Assembly (NCBI RefSeq): GCF_001194135.2
Contig: NC_068982.1
Span: forward strand, 127,368,423 to 127,405,011
Direction of reading: 5' to 3'
Origin: Octopus bimaculoides
Lineage: Eukaryota
DNA length: 36,589 bases
Shown here: in pieces, positions 1-10,439 of the stretch
Layout: every line of letters starts with the position of its first letter
How positions within the stretch are numbered: position 1 is the first letter of the stretch
The notes under the pieces: model-generated
Database searches by the model: none
Told to the model about the DNA's origin: nothing
Seen by the model: only the letters and a program-made list of their open reading frames with translations
Translations under genes and position numbers: made by a program

Positions 1-12
1 ATATACATATAC

Positions 13-409
13 AGGAGTGGTTGTGTGGTAAGTAGCTTGCTTACCAACCACATGGTTCCGGGTTCAGTCCCACTGCGTGGAACCTTGGGCAAGTGTCTTC
101 TACTATAGCCTCAGGCCGACCAAAGCCTTGTGAGTTGATTTGGTAGACAGAAACTGAAAGAAGCCCATCATATATATGTTTATATATATATGTATGTGCG
201 TGTTAGTGTGTCTGTGTTTGTCCCCCCCAACATCACTTGACAACCAATGCTGGTGTGTTTACGTCCCTGTAATTTAGCGGTTCGGCAAAAGAGACTGATA
301 GAATAAGTACTAGGCTTACAAAGAATAAGTCTTGGGGCGATTTGCTCAGCTAAAGGCGGTGCTCCAGCAAGGCCACAGTTAAATGAGTGAAGCAAGTAAA
401 AGAGTAAGA

Positions 410-410
<1 letters not shown>
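13..410 (+). mobile_element. tRNA-headed SINE, family A (internal TA/TG microsatellite)
   Basis: A/B-box-like head (gtggttgtgtggtaag...ggttcagtccc), then ccttgggcaagtgtcttc, a central microsatellite and a tail ending aagtaaaagag. Near-identical copies at 16171-16615 and 34974-35420. Confidence 0.85.
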
Positions 411-490
<80 letters not shown>

Positions 491-495
491 ATATA
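410..495. repeat. (TA)n(CA)n compound microsatellite
   Basis: Directly visible; explains the CVCV/YIYI stretches in ORF 180..632. Confidence 0.95.
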
Positions 496-729
496 GATTT
501 AATCAAAAGATTAGATGTGGTACTTAAAATGTTTGAGGCACCAGAATTTGGTAGGATAAAAACCAAAAACAAAATCAAGCGATTTGGTGAATAAAAATTT
601 GAAAATAAGCAACAGAAATTCAATAGGTTCATTGTACATTCTGTGGTGTTCTCACCACATGAATAAATGGAGCTTGTACGAAACGTACATACTGCTATAA
701 CCTATTGAATTTTTGTTGCTTATCTTCAA

Positions 730-767
<38 letters not shown>

Positions 768-772
<5 letters not shown>

Positions 773-2240
773 AAAGCTATCTTCCAAGTTAGCCTTCCTT
801 TGATATTGCTGCACCTCTTATGTGTCCTTAGCTTACACTGGGTACATCTTACAGAGTTTCTACCTACACCTTTTCTACAAATGAAGCAGGGCCATCTTCC
901 TGAAGGGATTTGTGATTTGTCTGCCTTCCTACTTAAGACATTGGTTTTTGCTACGTTGACTCTAAGGCCCTTCAAGTCTAGACTTTGCTACCACACCTGA
1001 AACTTCTCCTCAAGTTTTGATAGTAACTCAGCTATTAGACCAAGGTCATCAGCATAGAGAAGCTCCCAGAGGCATCATGTCTTGAATTCCTATGTTATTG
1101 CATGGAGGACTATGATGAATAAGAAGGGGTTGAGGACTGATCTCTGGTGAACCCCTATTCCTACCCAGAATTCTTCACTATACTTGTTGCCAACCCTCAC
1201 CTTACTGACAGCATCCCTGTACATGGCTTATACAGCTCTCACTAACCACTCATCTATCCTTAGTTTCCTCATTGACTACCAGATAAGGGATTGCGGGACC
1301 CTGTCAAAAGCTTTCTCCATGTCAACAAAAGCCAGGTACAAAGGTTTATCTTTGGCTAGGTATTTCTCTTGCAGCTGTCTTACCAGAAATATAACATCAG
1401 TGATGCTTTTCCCTGGCACAAACCCAAAATGCATCTCGTCTAAACTAACTCTCTCCCTAATTAGTTGGGCTGTGACCCTCTCCATGACTTTCATTACCTG
1501 ATCCAACAACTTGATACCTCTGTAATTATTCATATCCAATGCATCTTCTTTACCTTTGTAGCAGTTGACTATGGTGCTGCTACACCAGTCAATGGGTGTG
1601 ACTCCTTCATGTATCACCTGATTCCCTATACAGGTGACTAGGCAATATCCGACACTACCAGATATTTTAAGCATCTCTATGATGATTCTTGATGGGCCGG
1701 GGGGCTTTCCCTGTCTTCATACCTTTAAATGCTTTGTCTTCCAAGGTACTGTCAATCTCAGATAGCTGGTCCCTCTGTTGGGTCGACATTTGTCAGACTC
1801 TCTTTTTCCCATTCATTTTCTTTATTTAGCAACCTTTCATAGTGGCATCTCAAGGTCTCTCTCTTTGCAACCTCATTAAATGCAAGTGAACCATCATCCA
1901 TGCGGACACATTTCTCTCCTATGACATCACGATTCTCTCTCACACACTGTTTCGCAACACGAAATACTTCAAGTCTTTGGTCCTCACAATGCAGAACATT
2001 GGCAATTTTTTTCTTATCTGTTTCCCCTTTGGCTAAGTATACCTGTCTCTTAGCTTCCCTTCTGGCAATCTGATACAATGCCTTATTACCACCTGTTTCT
2101 TTTCCCTAATGGCTCTGTCAACTACATTGTTCCACCACAACATTACTTTGGGTCGAGAGGGGACTTTACACCATGCACAGATCTGGTCAGTAGCCCTCAA
2201 CAGGTTGTCCTGCAGGAACCTCCAGTTGTCTTCCACATCA
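768..2240 (-). mobile_element. Decayed RTE-clade non-LTR retrotransposon ORF2 fragment (RT domain plus Cys/His finger)
   Basis: Frameshifted minus-strand ORFs contain NYRGIKLLDQVMKVMERV, FGFVPGKSITDVIFLVRQLQEKY, AFVDMEKAFDRVP, WELLYADDL (about 1040-1070) and GLRVNVAKT, which are typical RTE reverse transcriptase motifs. Confidence 0.9.
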
Positions 2241-2496
2241 TGTACTTATTCTATTGGTCTGTTTTGCCGAACCACTAAGTTACAGGAATGTAAACACACC
2301 ATCATTGGTTGTCAAGCGATGGTGGGGGGACAGACACACAAACACACATGCACACACATACACACACACACAGTTTCAGTTTCCGTCTACCAAATCCACT
2401 CACAAAGCTTTGATTGGCCCGAAGCTATATTTGAAGACACTTGCCCAAGGTACCAGGCAGTTGGATTGAATCCAGGGCCATGTGGCTGGTAAGCAG
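2241..2496 (-). mobile_element. SINE family A, partial
   Basis: Reverse-complement similarity to 13-410 (head, ttgggcaagtgtcttc, (CA)n core). Confidence 0.8.
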
Positions 2497-3204
2497 AGTC
2501 CCTGAAATGTTTTTGTAATTTGAACCCTGGAAAATATACAAAAATATATGATTCATTTTATTTATTCATTTATATATTTATTAAAACCTGCCATCTAATT
2601 GTGTTATAGCAATAAATAAGTTTTGGTCCCCTTAAACACCAATAAAGATTTCATTACAATTTCAAGAATAATACAATAACTCTAAAGAATTAAAAGGAAT
2701 GAAAGATAATGATTATAATCATATAAAATATCAGATGGTAGCCAGGTTTTATGAGATATCATATAATATCTCATATAATAACAAACTTCTCTGCACAATT
2801 GTTATGAGATTTTTATTTTATATTTTCTTCCTTATTTTTGCTGTGGTTTTCCTTTTCTTTATTTTTTTCCCTTCATATTCATTTAGTGAACAGAATTCAT
2901 AGTGAAGTAGATTACTTGCCAACATACAAGGTTTTATTCAGCAAATGCAAGGCACGTATGTCATATGCTTTTGTTTTGTTGTGTTGTGATTGCATTGCAA
3001 TCTTGAGAGAGATAATGAGATCTATTTACCTCAAATTGTCCAGTGGGAAAATAGCTACCAGTCCATGTCAGAATAATCTGATATATGATTACTATACAAA
3101 CACTCTTTCTGATTAAATTTAGAGATACAGGCCAGCTGAGCTATTAAATAGCACTATGTTCTGTGATACACATACATATGTACACACACATACATGCATT
3201 TGTG

Positions 3205-3345
3205 CATCATCATTATTATTTCCATCACTGTTGCCATCATCAATGCCACCATTATTATTACCGTCATTGTCATTGTCACCATTGTCATCACCATCATCAC
3301 TGCCATCATCATTATCATCATTACCACTGTTGTTGTCATTGTCAT
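3205..3345. repeat. Degenerate (CAT/CAC/TGT)n trinucleotide tract
   Basis: Directly visible; source of the poly-His/Ile/Ser ORFs. Confidence 0.9.
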
Positions 3346-3759
3346 TTTACTTCCAGGGCAGTTTATTTTTTTCTCATGGTTGGGTCGTAATGTTATCTTC
3401 CAACCACCTTCCACAGATTTTTATAATCTGGCACACACAGCAGCAAGAAAGAAAATACGACTTTATCTATTGTTATATACACTGTTTTTGGCATGCTTTC
3501 AACCTTTCCTTGACCAGTTATGTACAGTAAAGACTGATGCACTTTATCAATTTACAAACATTAGATATGTTGTCCCTGACATGACAAATGAAACTCCTCT
3601 GCCTTGCATTGTCTCCATTTATTTTTCACTTTTTGCTGTGGTTTTTACAGTTAAGTACCCTTCATGTCACAAACCTCATTACAGTTTCAGTTCTTGAATT
3701 TTATCATGCCATTAGAAAATGTCCTCAGCATGACTAACTAGCTTTCCTACCATATAAAT

Positions 3760-3807
<48 letters not shown>

Positions 3808-3869
3808 GTATATGTATAAGTATGGAAATCAAACAAGTGAGTGTGTTAAGTAATAAGGCTCTAAAAGAG

Positions 3870-4302
3870 AATGATTCTTCCCAGACACAAGGCCCACCTA
3901 ACTGATTACCTTGTGGTGCCACATAAAAAGCACTATCCAAACGTGGTCGATGCCAGTGCCCCCTGACTGGCTCCCATGCCAGTGACATGTAAAAAGCACT
4001 ATCCAGACATGATCGATGCCAGGTCTGCCTGACTGACTCCTGTGCAGGTAGCATGTAAAAGCACCAGCTACACTCTCGGAGTGGTTGGCATTAGGAAGGG
4101 CATCAAGCTGTAGAAACATTGTCAGATCGGAGAGTATTGTAGTTCGTTTGAAGCATTGTGTATTGTTTGTAAAGAATAAAAAGTTTTGAATGGTACAGAT
4201 TGGAGCCTGGTGCAGCCACTGGCTTTCCAGATCAGTCAAACCGTCCAACTCATGCCAGCATGGAAAACGGACGTTGAACAATGATGATGATGATGATGAT
4301 GA
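3870..4302 (+). mobile_element. SINE-like repeat family B (66-bp internal units, (GAT)n tail)
   Basis: Units gtaaaaagcac... followed by ttaggaagggcatc...catgccagcatggaaaacggacgtt(gat)n; many copies in the window. Confidence 0.8.
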
Positions 4303-4312
4303 TATATACATA

Positions 4313-5185
4313 CACGGTCTGATCAATAAGTATCCGGACTGTTGCTATAGTAACATAGCTAAAGTACAGAGAGTGAAGCTGCTTGGTTCAGATTGACCTG
4401 GAACACTGCTGTGTTTGTTCACTAAGTTTTAACATTCTAGCTCTGTTCCACTGTTTACAGCAGTGCTTGGAAGGAAGGTGTGTAGCACATGATTGTTGCA
4501 TTAACAATGACACAGAAAGTTGAATAGAGTATCTGCATCAAATTTTGCCAAAAAGCTTGGTGATACCTGCTCAGAGCCCTATGCAAAGTTTTCAAAAAGT
4601 TTTCATCATTCACGACACAATCAAGGAGATCTTGTGCAACTGAAACCCGAGTGTCTTTTTGGTCAGCTGAAAGTACTTTTGGCACAAACTTGGCTGACAT
4701 GCATCTCATACCCAAATCTTCAGTGATAATGGACTGAACTGAACCCTAACTAATCTGCACATCCTCTGATGGTGATTTGACAATTTCCCCTCACAACTGC
4801 ATGCACATCTGTGATGTTTTTCTCAGTTTTGCTGGTTGCAGAAATTTCGTCTCCCAGAACGTTCACCAATATAAACATTTTTGCAGCACTCTTGGAAACG
4901 TCTGAACTACTCGTACACTTGTGTGCAACTCATGCACTCCTCTCCATACACTTTCTGCAACTTCACATAGGCCTCTGGGCAGCTAACACCTTGACAACTC
5001 TCTCTGTCACATGCTACACACCTTCCTTCCAAGCACTGCTGTAAACAGCGGAAGTGAGCTAAAATGTTAAAACTTAATGACATCCACAGCAGAGTTCAAG
5101 GTCAATCTGTGCCAAGCAGCTTTACTCTATGTGCTTTAGCTTCATTATTATGGCAACAGTCCGGATATTTAATGATCAACCCTCG
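4313..5185. mobile_element. Mariner-derived fold-back element (two 5' ends in inverted orientation)
   Basis: TA flanks at 4311-4312 and 5186-5187; 41-bp TIRs (33/41 identical); inverted homology extends about 190 bp. + strand MTQKVE*SICIKFCQKLG and - strand GMRCMSAKFVPKVLSADQKDTRVSVAQDLL are mariner transposase N-terminal sequences. Confidence 0.9.
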
Positions 5186-5195
5186 TATGTGTGTG

Positions 5196-5234
<39 letters not shown>

Positions 5235-5514
5235 AATTTGAGAATATGTTAACCTCATGAAGGGATAGTTGCATCCAAGGAAATACTGGTTCAATACCTA
5301 GTATTGCTTTTTTTCCCCTCTGATAAAATTATGCTCATGTCACATAAATACAAATTTAATGTACAAATTTGTAATTAAATTATTGAGTATTAATTGAAAC
5401 AGCTGTAAGAAGTGAAGATGACCAATTTGTTAATAATAAATAATTGTTAACTTCTTTATCTCCATTTTTTTCTTCTTTTAACTTATATATATATGTGTAT
5501 GCGTGTGTGTGTGC

Positions 5515-5760
5515 TGTGTGCAAGAGAGAAGATTGCACTGGTTTGGTCAAGTGATGTGGATGGATGCTGACAGCTCCATAAAGAAGTGCGAATCTCTCAA
5601 AGTGGATGGGACACGTGGAAGTGAGACACCCAGGAAGACATGGGATGAAGTACTGAAGAACAACCTCAGGACGGTGAACCTTCCAGGAGAGCTGACAAAG
5701 GACCAAGATAACTGAGTATGCCTTACCATACTCAGGAAGACCCATACTCTGCAGTAGAAG
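5515..5760 (+). mobile_element. RTE LINE 3' end fragment
   Basis: VQERRLHWFGQVMWMDADSSIKKC...RKTWDEVLKNNL, the RTE C-terminal motif; homologous to 31130-31360. Confidence 0.85.
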
Positions 5761-5789
5761 TGCTAAGACCAATCCTTCTGGTGGTGCAA

Positions 5790-6066
5790 AGTACTTGTGG
5801 CGGTATCACATAAACGTGCCCATGCAACTACACATAAAAGCACCCATGTAACGCCACGTAAAGGCACCCATGCAGTATCACGAAAATGTGCCTGTGTGGT
5901 GCCACATAAAAGCACCCAGAACACTCTGTAAGGTGGTTGACATTAGGAAGGCATCAAGCCATAGAAACCATGCTAAATCAGTGTGGAGTCTGGTGCAGCT
6001 CCCCAGCTTGCCAGCTCTGGTTAAACCATCCAACCAGCATGATCAATGGACATTAAATGATGACTA
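5790..6066 (+). mobile_element. SINE-like repeat family B
   Basis: aaaagcaccc units and body similar to 3870-4302; ends in an atgatga tail. Confidence 0.75.
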
Positions 6067-6640
6067 TCATCATCATCATCATCATTTACCGTCCGCTTTC
6101 CATGCTGGCATGGGTTGGACGATTTGACTGAGGATTGGTGAACCAGATGGCTGCACCATGCTCCAATCTGATCTGGCAATGTTTCTATAGCTGGCTGCCC
6201 TTCCTAACACCAACCACTCCAAGAGTGTAGTGGGTGGTTTTTTCGTGCCACTGGTACAGGAGCCAGTCAGGTGAGCCAGGCATTGAACACATTCAGATGG
6301 TGCTTTTTATGTGCCACCGACACAAGAGCCAGTTAGGGGGTACTGGCATTGGCCACGATCGGTTGGTGCTTTTTATGTGCTACCAGTATGGAAGCTAGTT
6401 GGGCGGACCTGACATCGACCACATTTGGATGGTGCTTTTTATGTGCCACTGGCATGGGAGCCAGTCTGGGGGTACCAGCATCAGCCACGTTTGGCTGATG
6501 TTTTTACATGTCACCGGCATGGGAGCCAGTCAGGCGGACCTGGCATCAACCACATTCAGATGGTGCTTTTTACGTGCCACTTGCACAGGAGACAATCAGG
6601 GGGCACTGGCTCCAGCTATGATATTGGTTTTAATTGATTC
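6067..6640 (-). mobile_element. SINE-like repeat family B with six 66-bp tandem units
   Basis: (CAT)n then cgtccgctttccatgctggcatgggttggacg; unit starts at about 6233, 6299, 6365, 6431, 6497 and 6562. Confidence 0.85.
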
Positions 6641-6705
6641 AACAGGTCTTCTCAAGCATATCATATCACCCAATGCATCAGATGTATTCTTAACAGGGCC
6701 AGACA

Positions 6706-6771
<66 letters not shown>

Positions 6772-7279
6772 CACACATATTTGAGTTTAGAAAAATCCTG
6801 GCATATTTCCTAATCAAATTCTTATACAGATTTGATACACAGTCCCAGTGACCTTCATTTCAAGACTAATATTATCATGTTGTGGTTTTATAGTTCTATA
6901 AGATATAATCCATAGGTGCAAGAAATCCAGATTCATAACACTGATAAGAATAAGTTGGTATTTATTTTTGCATATTTTTACATGTGATTGCAAAACTAAA
7001 TTTTTACAAACTAAATCTCCAAGTTTTCCTTGCTGATCTTTGGACAGTTATGAAAAATGGAACATAACATTTATTATTTAAAATACATACAAAAGGCTTT
7101 GAATAAAATAGTGTGCTTTTGTTTACCAGTATAATACAATGGAAAGATATCAGTGGCTGGTTAGGTGTAAGAAAAAGATAATCTGATGCAATGATAGATA
7201 TTGCACGTATATAAATATCTTTTATTCAGTTCTGATATTGTAAAAGCACTTTCAACAACAACAACAACAATAATAATAA

Positions 7280-7494
7280 TGGTTTCAAATTTTGCCACAA
7301 GGGCAACAATTTTGGGGGAGGAAATGAGTCGATTACATCGATACAAGTGTTCAACTGGTACTTATTTCATCGACCCTAAAAGGATGAAAAGTAAAGTCAA
7401 CCTCGACAGAATTTGAACACAGAACGTAGCAATGAGTGAAATATTGTTGAGCATTTTGTCCAGTGCACTAATGATTCTGTCAACTCACTGTCTT

Positions 7495-7495
<1 letters not shown>
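7280..7495 (-). mobile_element. tRNA-headed SINE family C
   Basis: Reverse complement of the gagttcaaattcc...ctttcatcctttcggggtcgataaattaagtaccag consensus seen at 8219-8450. Confidence 0.8.
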
Positions 7496-7531
<36 letters not shown>

Positions 7532-7532
<1 letters not shown>

Positions 7533-7853
7533 GGTCACAGAAAGCGAGAAAGCAACCATACTCTGGGATATGCCAATACACACAAATAGAGAAATTAAGG
7601 CCAATAGACCAGATATAGTTGTCAAAGATCATGAAGGAAAATAATGTTTTCTAATTGATGTATCAATACCAGCAGATGACAACGTTTCCCTAAAAGAAAT
7701 GGAAAAACTTTCAAAATACAAAGACCTGGAAATAGAGGTAACTCGAATGTGGAATGTAAAAACAGAAACAATTCCTATCATAGTAGGTGTGATAAAAGAA
7801 TATTTAGACAAATACATAACAAAAACACAAGGACTTACAAATATATATAACAT
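7532..7853 (+). mobile_element. R4/Dong-like non-LTR retrotransposon, restriction-like endonuclease C-terminus
   Basis: ILWDMPIHTNREIKANRPDIVVKD...LIDVSIPADDNVSLKEMEKLSKYKDLEIEVTRMW matches the RPD-...-D-...-K-Y RLE motif; starts directly after (TAA)n and runs into an N gap followed by (TAA)n. Confidence 0.8.
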
Positions 7854-8165
7854 NNNNNNNNNNNNNNNNNNNNNNNNNNNNNNNNNNNNNNNNNNNNNNN
7901 NNNNNNNNNNNNNNNNNNNNNNNNNNNNNNNNNNNNNNNNNNNNNNNNNNNNNNNNNNNNNNNNNNNNNNNNNNNNNNNNNNNNNNNNNNNNNNNNNNNN
8001 NNNNNNNNNNNNNNNNNNNNNNNNNNNNNNNNNNNNNNNNNNNNNNNNNNNNNNNNNNNNNNNNNNNNNNNNNNNNNNNNNNNNNNNNNNNNNNNNNNNN
8101 NNNNNNNNNNNNNNNNNNNNNNNNNNNNNNNNNNNNNNNNNNNNNNNNNNNNNNNNNNNNNNNNN

Positions 8166-8218
<53 letters not shown>

Positions 8219-8220
<2 letters not shown>

Positions 8221-8875
8221 GGCGGCGAGCTGGCAGAAACGTTACCACGCCGGCGAAATGCTCAGCGGTGTTTCGTCTGTCTTTACGTTCTGAGTTCAAA
8301 TTCCGCCGAGGTCGACTTTGCCTTTCATCCTTTCGGGGTCGATAAATTAAGTACCAGTTACGCACTGGGGTCGATGTAATCGACTTAATCCATTCGTCTG
8401 TTCTTGTTTTTTCCCTCTATGTTTAGCCCCTTGTGGGCAATAACGAAATAGGTATTTCATCTGTCTTTAAGTTCTGAGTTCAAATTCCGTTGAGGTCGAT
8501 TTTGCCTTTCATCTTTTCGGGGTCAATAAATTAAGTACCAGTTGCATGTTGGTGTCGATCTAATCGATTGGCCCCCTTTCTAAAAGCATTTCTGGCCTTG
8601 TGTCTGGAGTGAAGAAGAATACTAATATGTTTCTTCAAAAATTAAGGTGGCGAGCTGGCAGAAATGTTAGCACACCAGGCAAAATGCTTAATGGTATTTC
8701 GTCTGCCGTTACGTTCTTAGTTCAAATTCTGCCATGGTCACCTTTGCCTTTCGACCTTTTAGGGTCGATTAAATAAGTACCAGTTATGCACTTGGGTTGA
8801 TGTAATTGACTTAATCCTTTTGTTTGTCCTCTCTATGTTTAGCCCCCTTTGGGCAATAAAGAAACAAAATAATAA
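8219..8875 (+). mobile_element. Three consecutive SINE family C copies (about 8219-8450, 8451-8600, 8645-8875)
   Basis: Repeated aaggcggcgagctggcagaaacgtt...gttcaaattcc...ctttcatc...gtcgataaattaagtaccag; the first copy retains its CpGs, suggesting it is young. Confidence 0.9.
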
Positions 8876-8885
8876 TAATAATAAT

Positions 8886-9242
8886 CCTGTAGAGTACAAA
8901 TCAAGACAGAGTTGGCCAATATCTACATTGGATAATGTGTCAGCATTATAAAATCAAAACTACTGACAAATGGTAGAAGTACCACTCTGAGGCTGTAGCT
9001 GAGGGTGAAAACGTAACTATTCTTTGTAACTATTCTAACAACTTCTCAGTATGTACAGACTTGGCTTTCAAAGCAAATAAACCTGACATTGTTGTGAAAA
9101 ACCAAAACAAGAATTTGATAAGCTCAGAACATATAAAGATTTGCTAATTGAAAATCTGTGACATCTCAAGACAGTTACAATACCAGTGTTGTAGGAGCAC
9201 TTGGAATGATCAAAAAAGGAGCTGAAAATTATTTAAGAATAC
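8886..9242 (+). mobile_element. Second, more decayed R4/Dong-like fragment
   Basis: DRVGQYLHWIMCQHYKIK...KANKPDIVVKNQ...TIPV..GALGMIKKG; begins immediately after (TAA)n. Confidence 0.7.
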
Positions 9243-9400
9243 ATGTGGAAGAGGTAGACTCAGGAATACCTGGGATGAGGTGGTGAAGCATGACCTTCGA
9301 ACTTTAGGCTTTACTGAGGCAATGACCAATGACCGGGGCCTTTGGAAATATGCAGTACGTGAGAAGACCCGACAAGGCAAGTGAGAGCATAATCTGTGAT
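9243..9400 (+). mobile_element. RTE LINE extreme 3' end
   Basis: GRGRLRNTWDEVVKHDLRTLGFTEAMTNDRGLWKYAVREKTRQGK*. Confidence 0.8.
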
Positions 9401-10019
9401 CTCTGCCAGAAGTGTAGCCAGCTCACTAATCCGTATCTCTTAATGGCCAGATAAATGAAGAGTTGGCAGCGCGGGTTTCCGCCCCGGCATCCGAAACTCG
9501 GAGTTTATCATGGCTACCGAATAATTGTCACATATTATTTACATATATATATANNNNNNNNNNNNNNNNNNNNNNNNNNNNNNNNNNNNNNNNNNNNNNN
9601 NNNNNNNNNNNNNNNNNNNNNNNNNNNNNNNNNNNNNNNNNNNNNNNNNNNNNNNNNNNNNNNNNNNNNNNNNNNNNNNNNNNNNNNNNNNNNNNNNNNN
9701 NNNNNNNNNNNNNNNNNNNNNNNNNNNNNNNNNNNNNNNNNNNNNNNNNNNNNNNNNNNNNNNNNNNNNNNNNNNNNNNNNNNNNNNNNNNNNNNNNNNN
9801 NNNNNNNNNNNNNNNNNNNNNNNNNNNNNNNNNNNNNNNNNNNNNNNNNNNNNNNNNNNNNNNNNNNNNNNNNNNNNNNNNNNNNNNNNNNNNNNNNNNN
9901 NNNNNNNNNNNNNNNNNNNNNNNNNNNNNNNNNNNNNNNNNNNNNNNNNNATATATATATATATATATTTACACATATACATGTATATATATTTACACAT
10001 ATATGCATGTATATTCAGC

Positions 10020-10262
10020 ACCAGTGCTAGTGCTACATGAAAAGGCATCCTGTACATTCTGTAATGTAGTTGGTATTAGGAAGGGCTTCCAGCTATAGAA
10101 ACCATACCAAAACAGACAATGGAACCAACTGAGCTCCCACTCTTGCCACCTCCTGTCAAACCAGTATGGAAAATGGACGTTAAATGGCGATGATGATGAG
10201 GAAGAGGATAATGATGATGATGATGAGGATGATAATGACAATGATGACAATGATGGTGATAA
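10020..10262 (+). mobile_element. SINE-like repeat family B, partial, with long (GAT)-type tail
   Basis: ggtattaggaagggc...tatggaaaatggacgttaaa followed by degenerate (GAT)n. Confidence 0.7.
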
Positions 10263-10439
10263 ATGATAGTGATATTAGTGCAAATGAAACAATATGTATC
10301 AAAAATGGAAATATTAATAAATATTGTATTAAAAACCCAAGAGTTAATAAAACGTTCATGTTACATCTTGTATGTTAATTATTCATTTAATAATGCAATA
10401 TTCTAAAGCAAAAATTTTGCTGAATGTCTGCAATAGTTA

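Noticed and set aside
3154-3530. His-, Ile-, Met/Thr- and Ser-rich ORFs (also 32154-32651, 29731-30000, 10184-10378)
   Set aside because: They are translations of (CAT/CAC/GAT)n microsatellites, open in several frames on both strands.
6233-6610. Regularly spaced repeats resembling a CRISPR array
   Set aside because: Units are similar along their whole length with no unique spacers, recur inside a dispersed eukaryotic repeat, and no cas genes are present.
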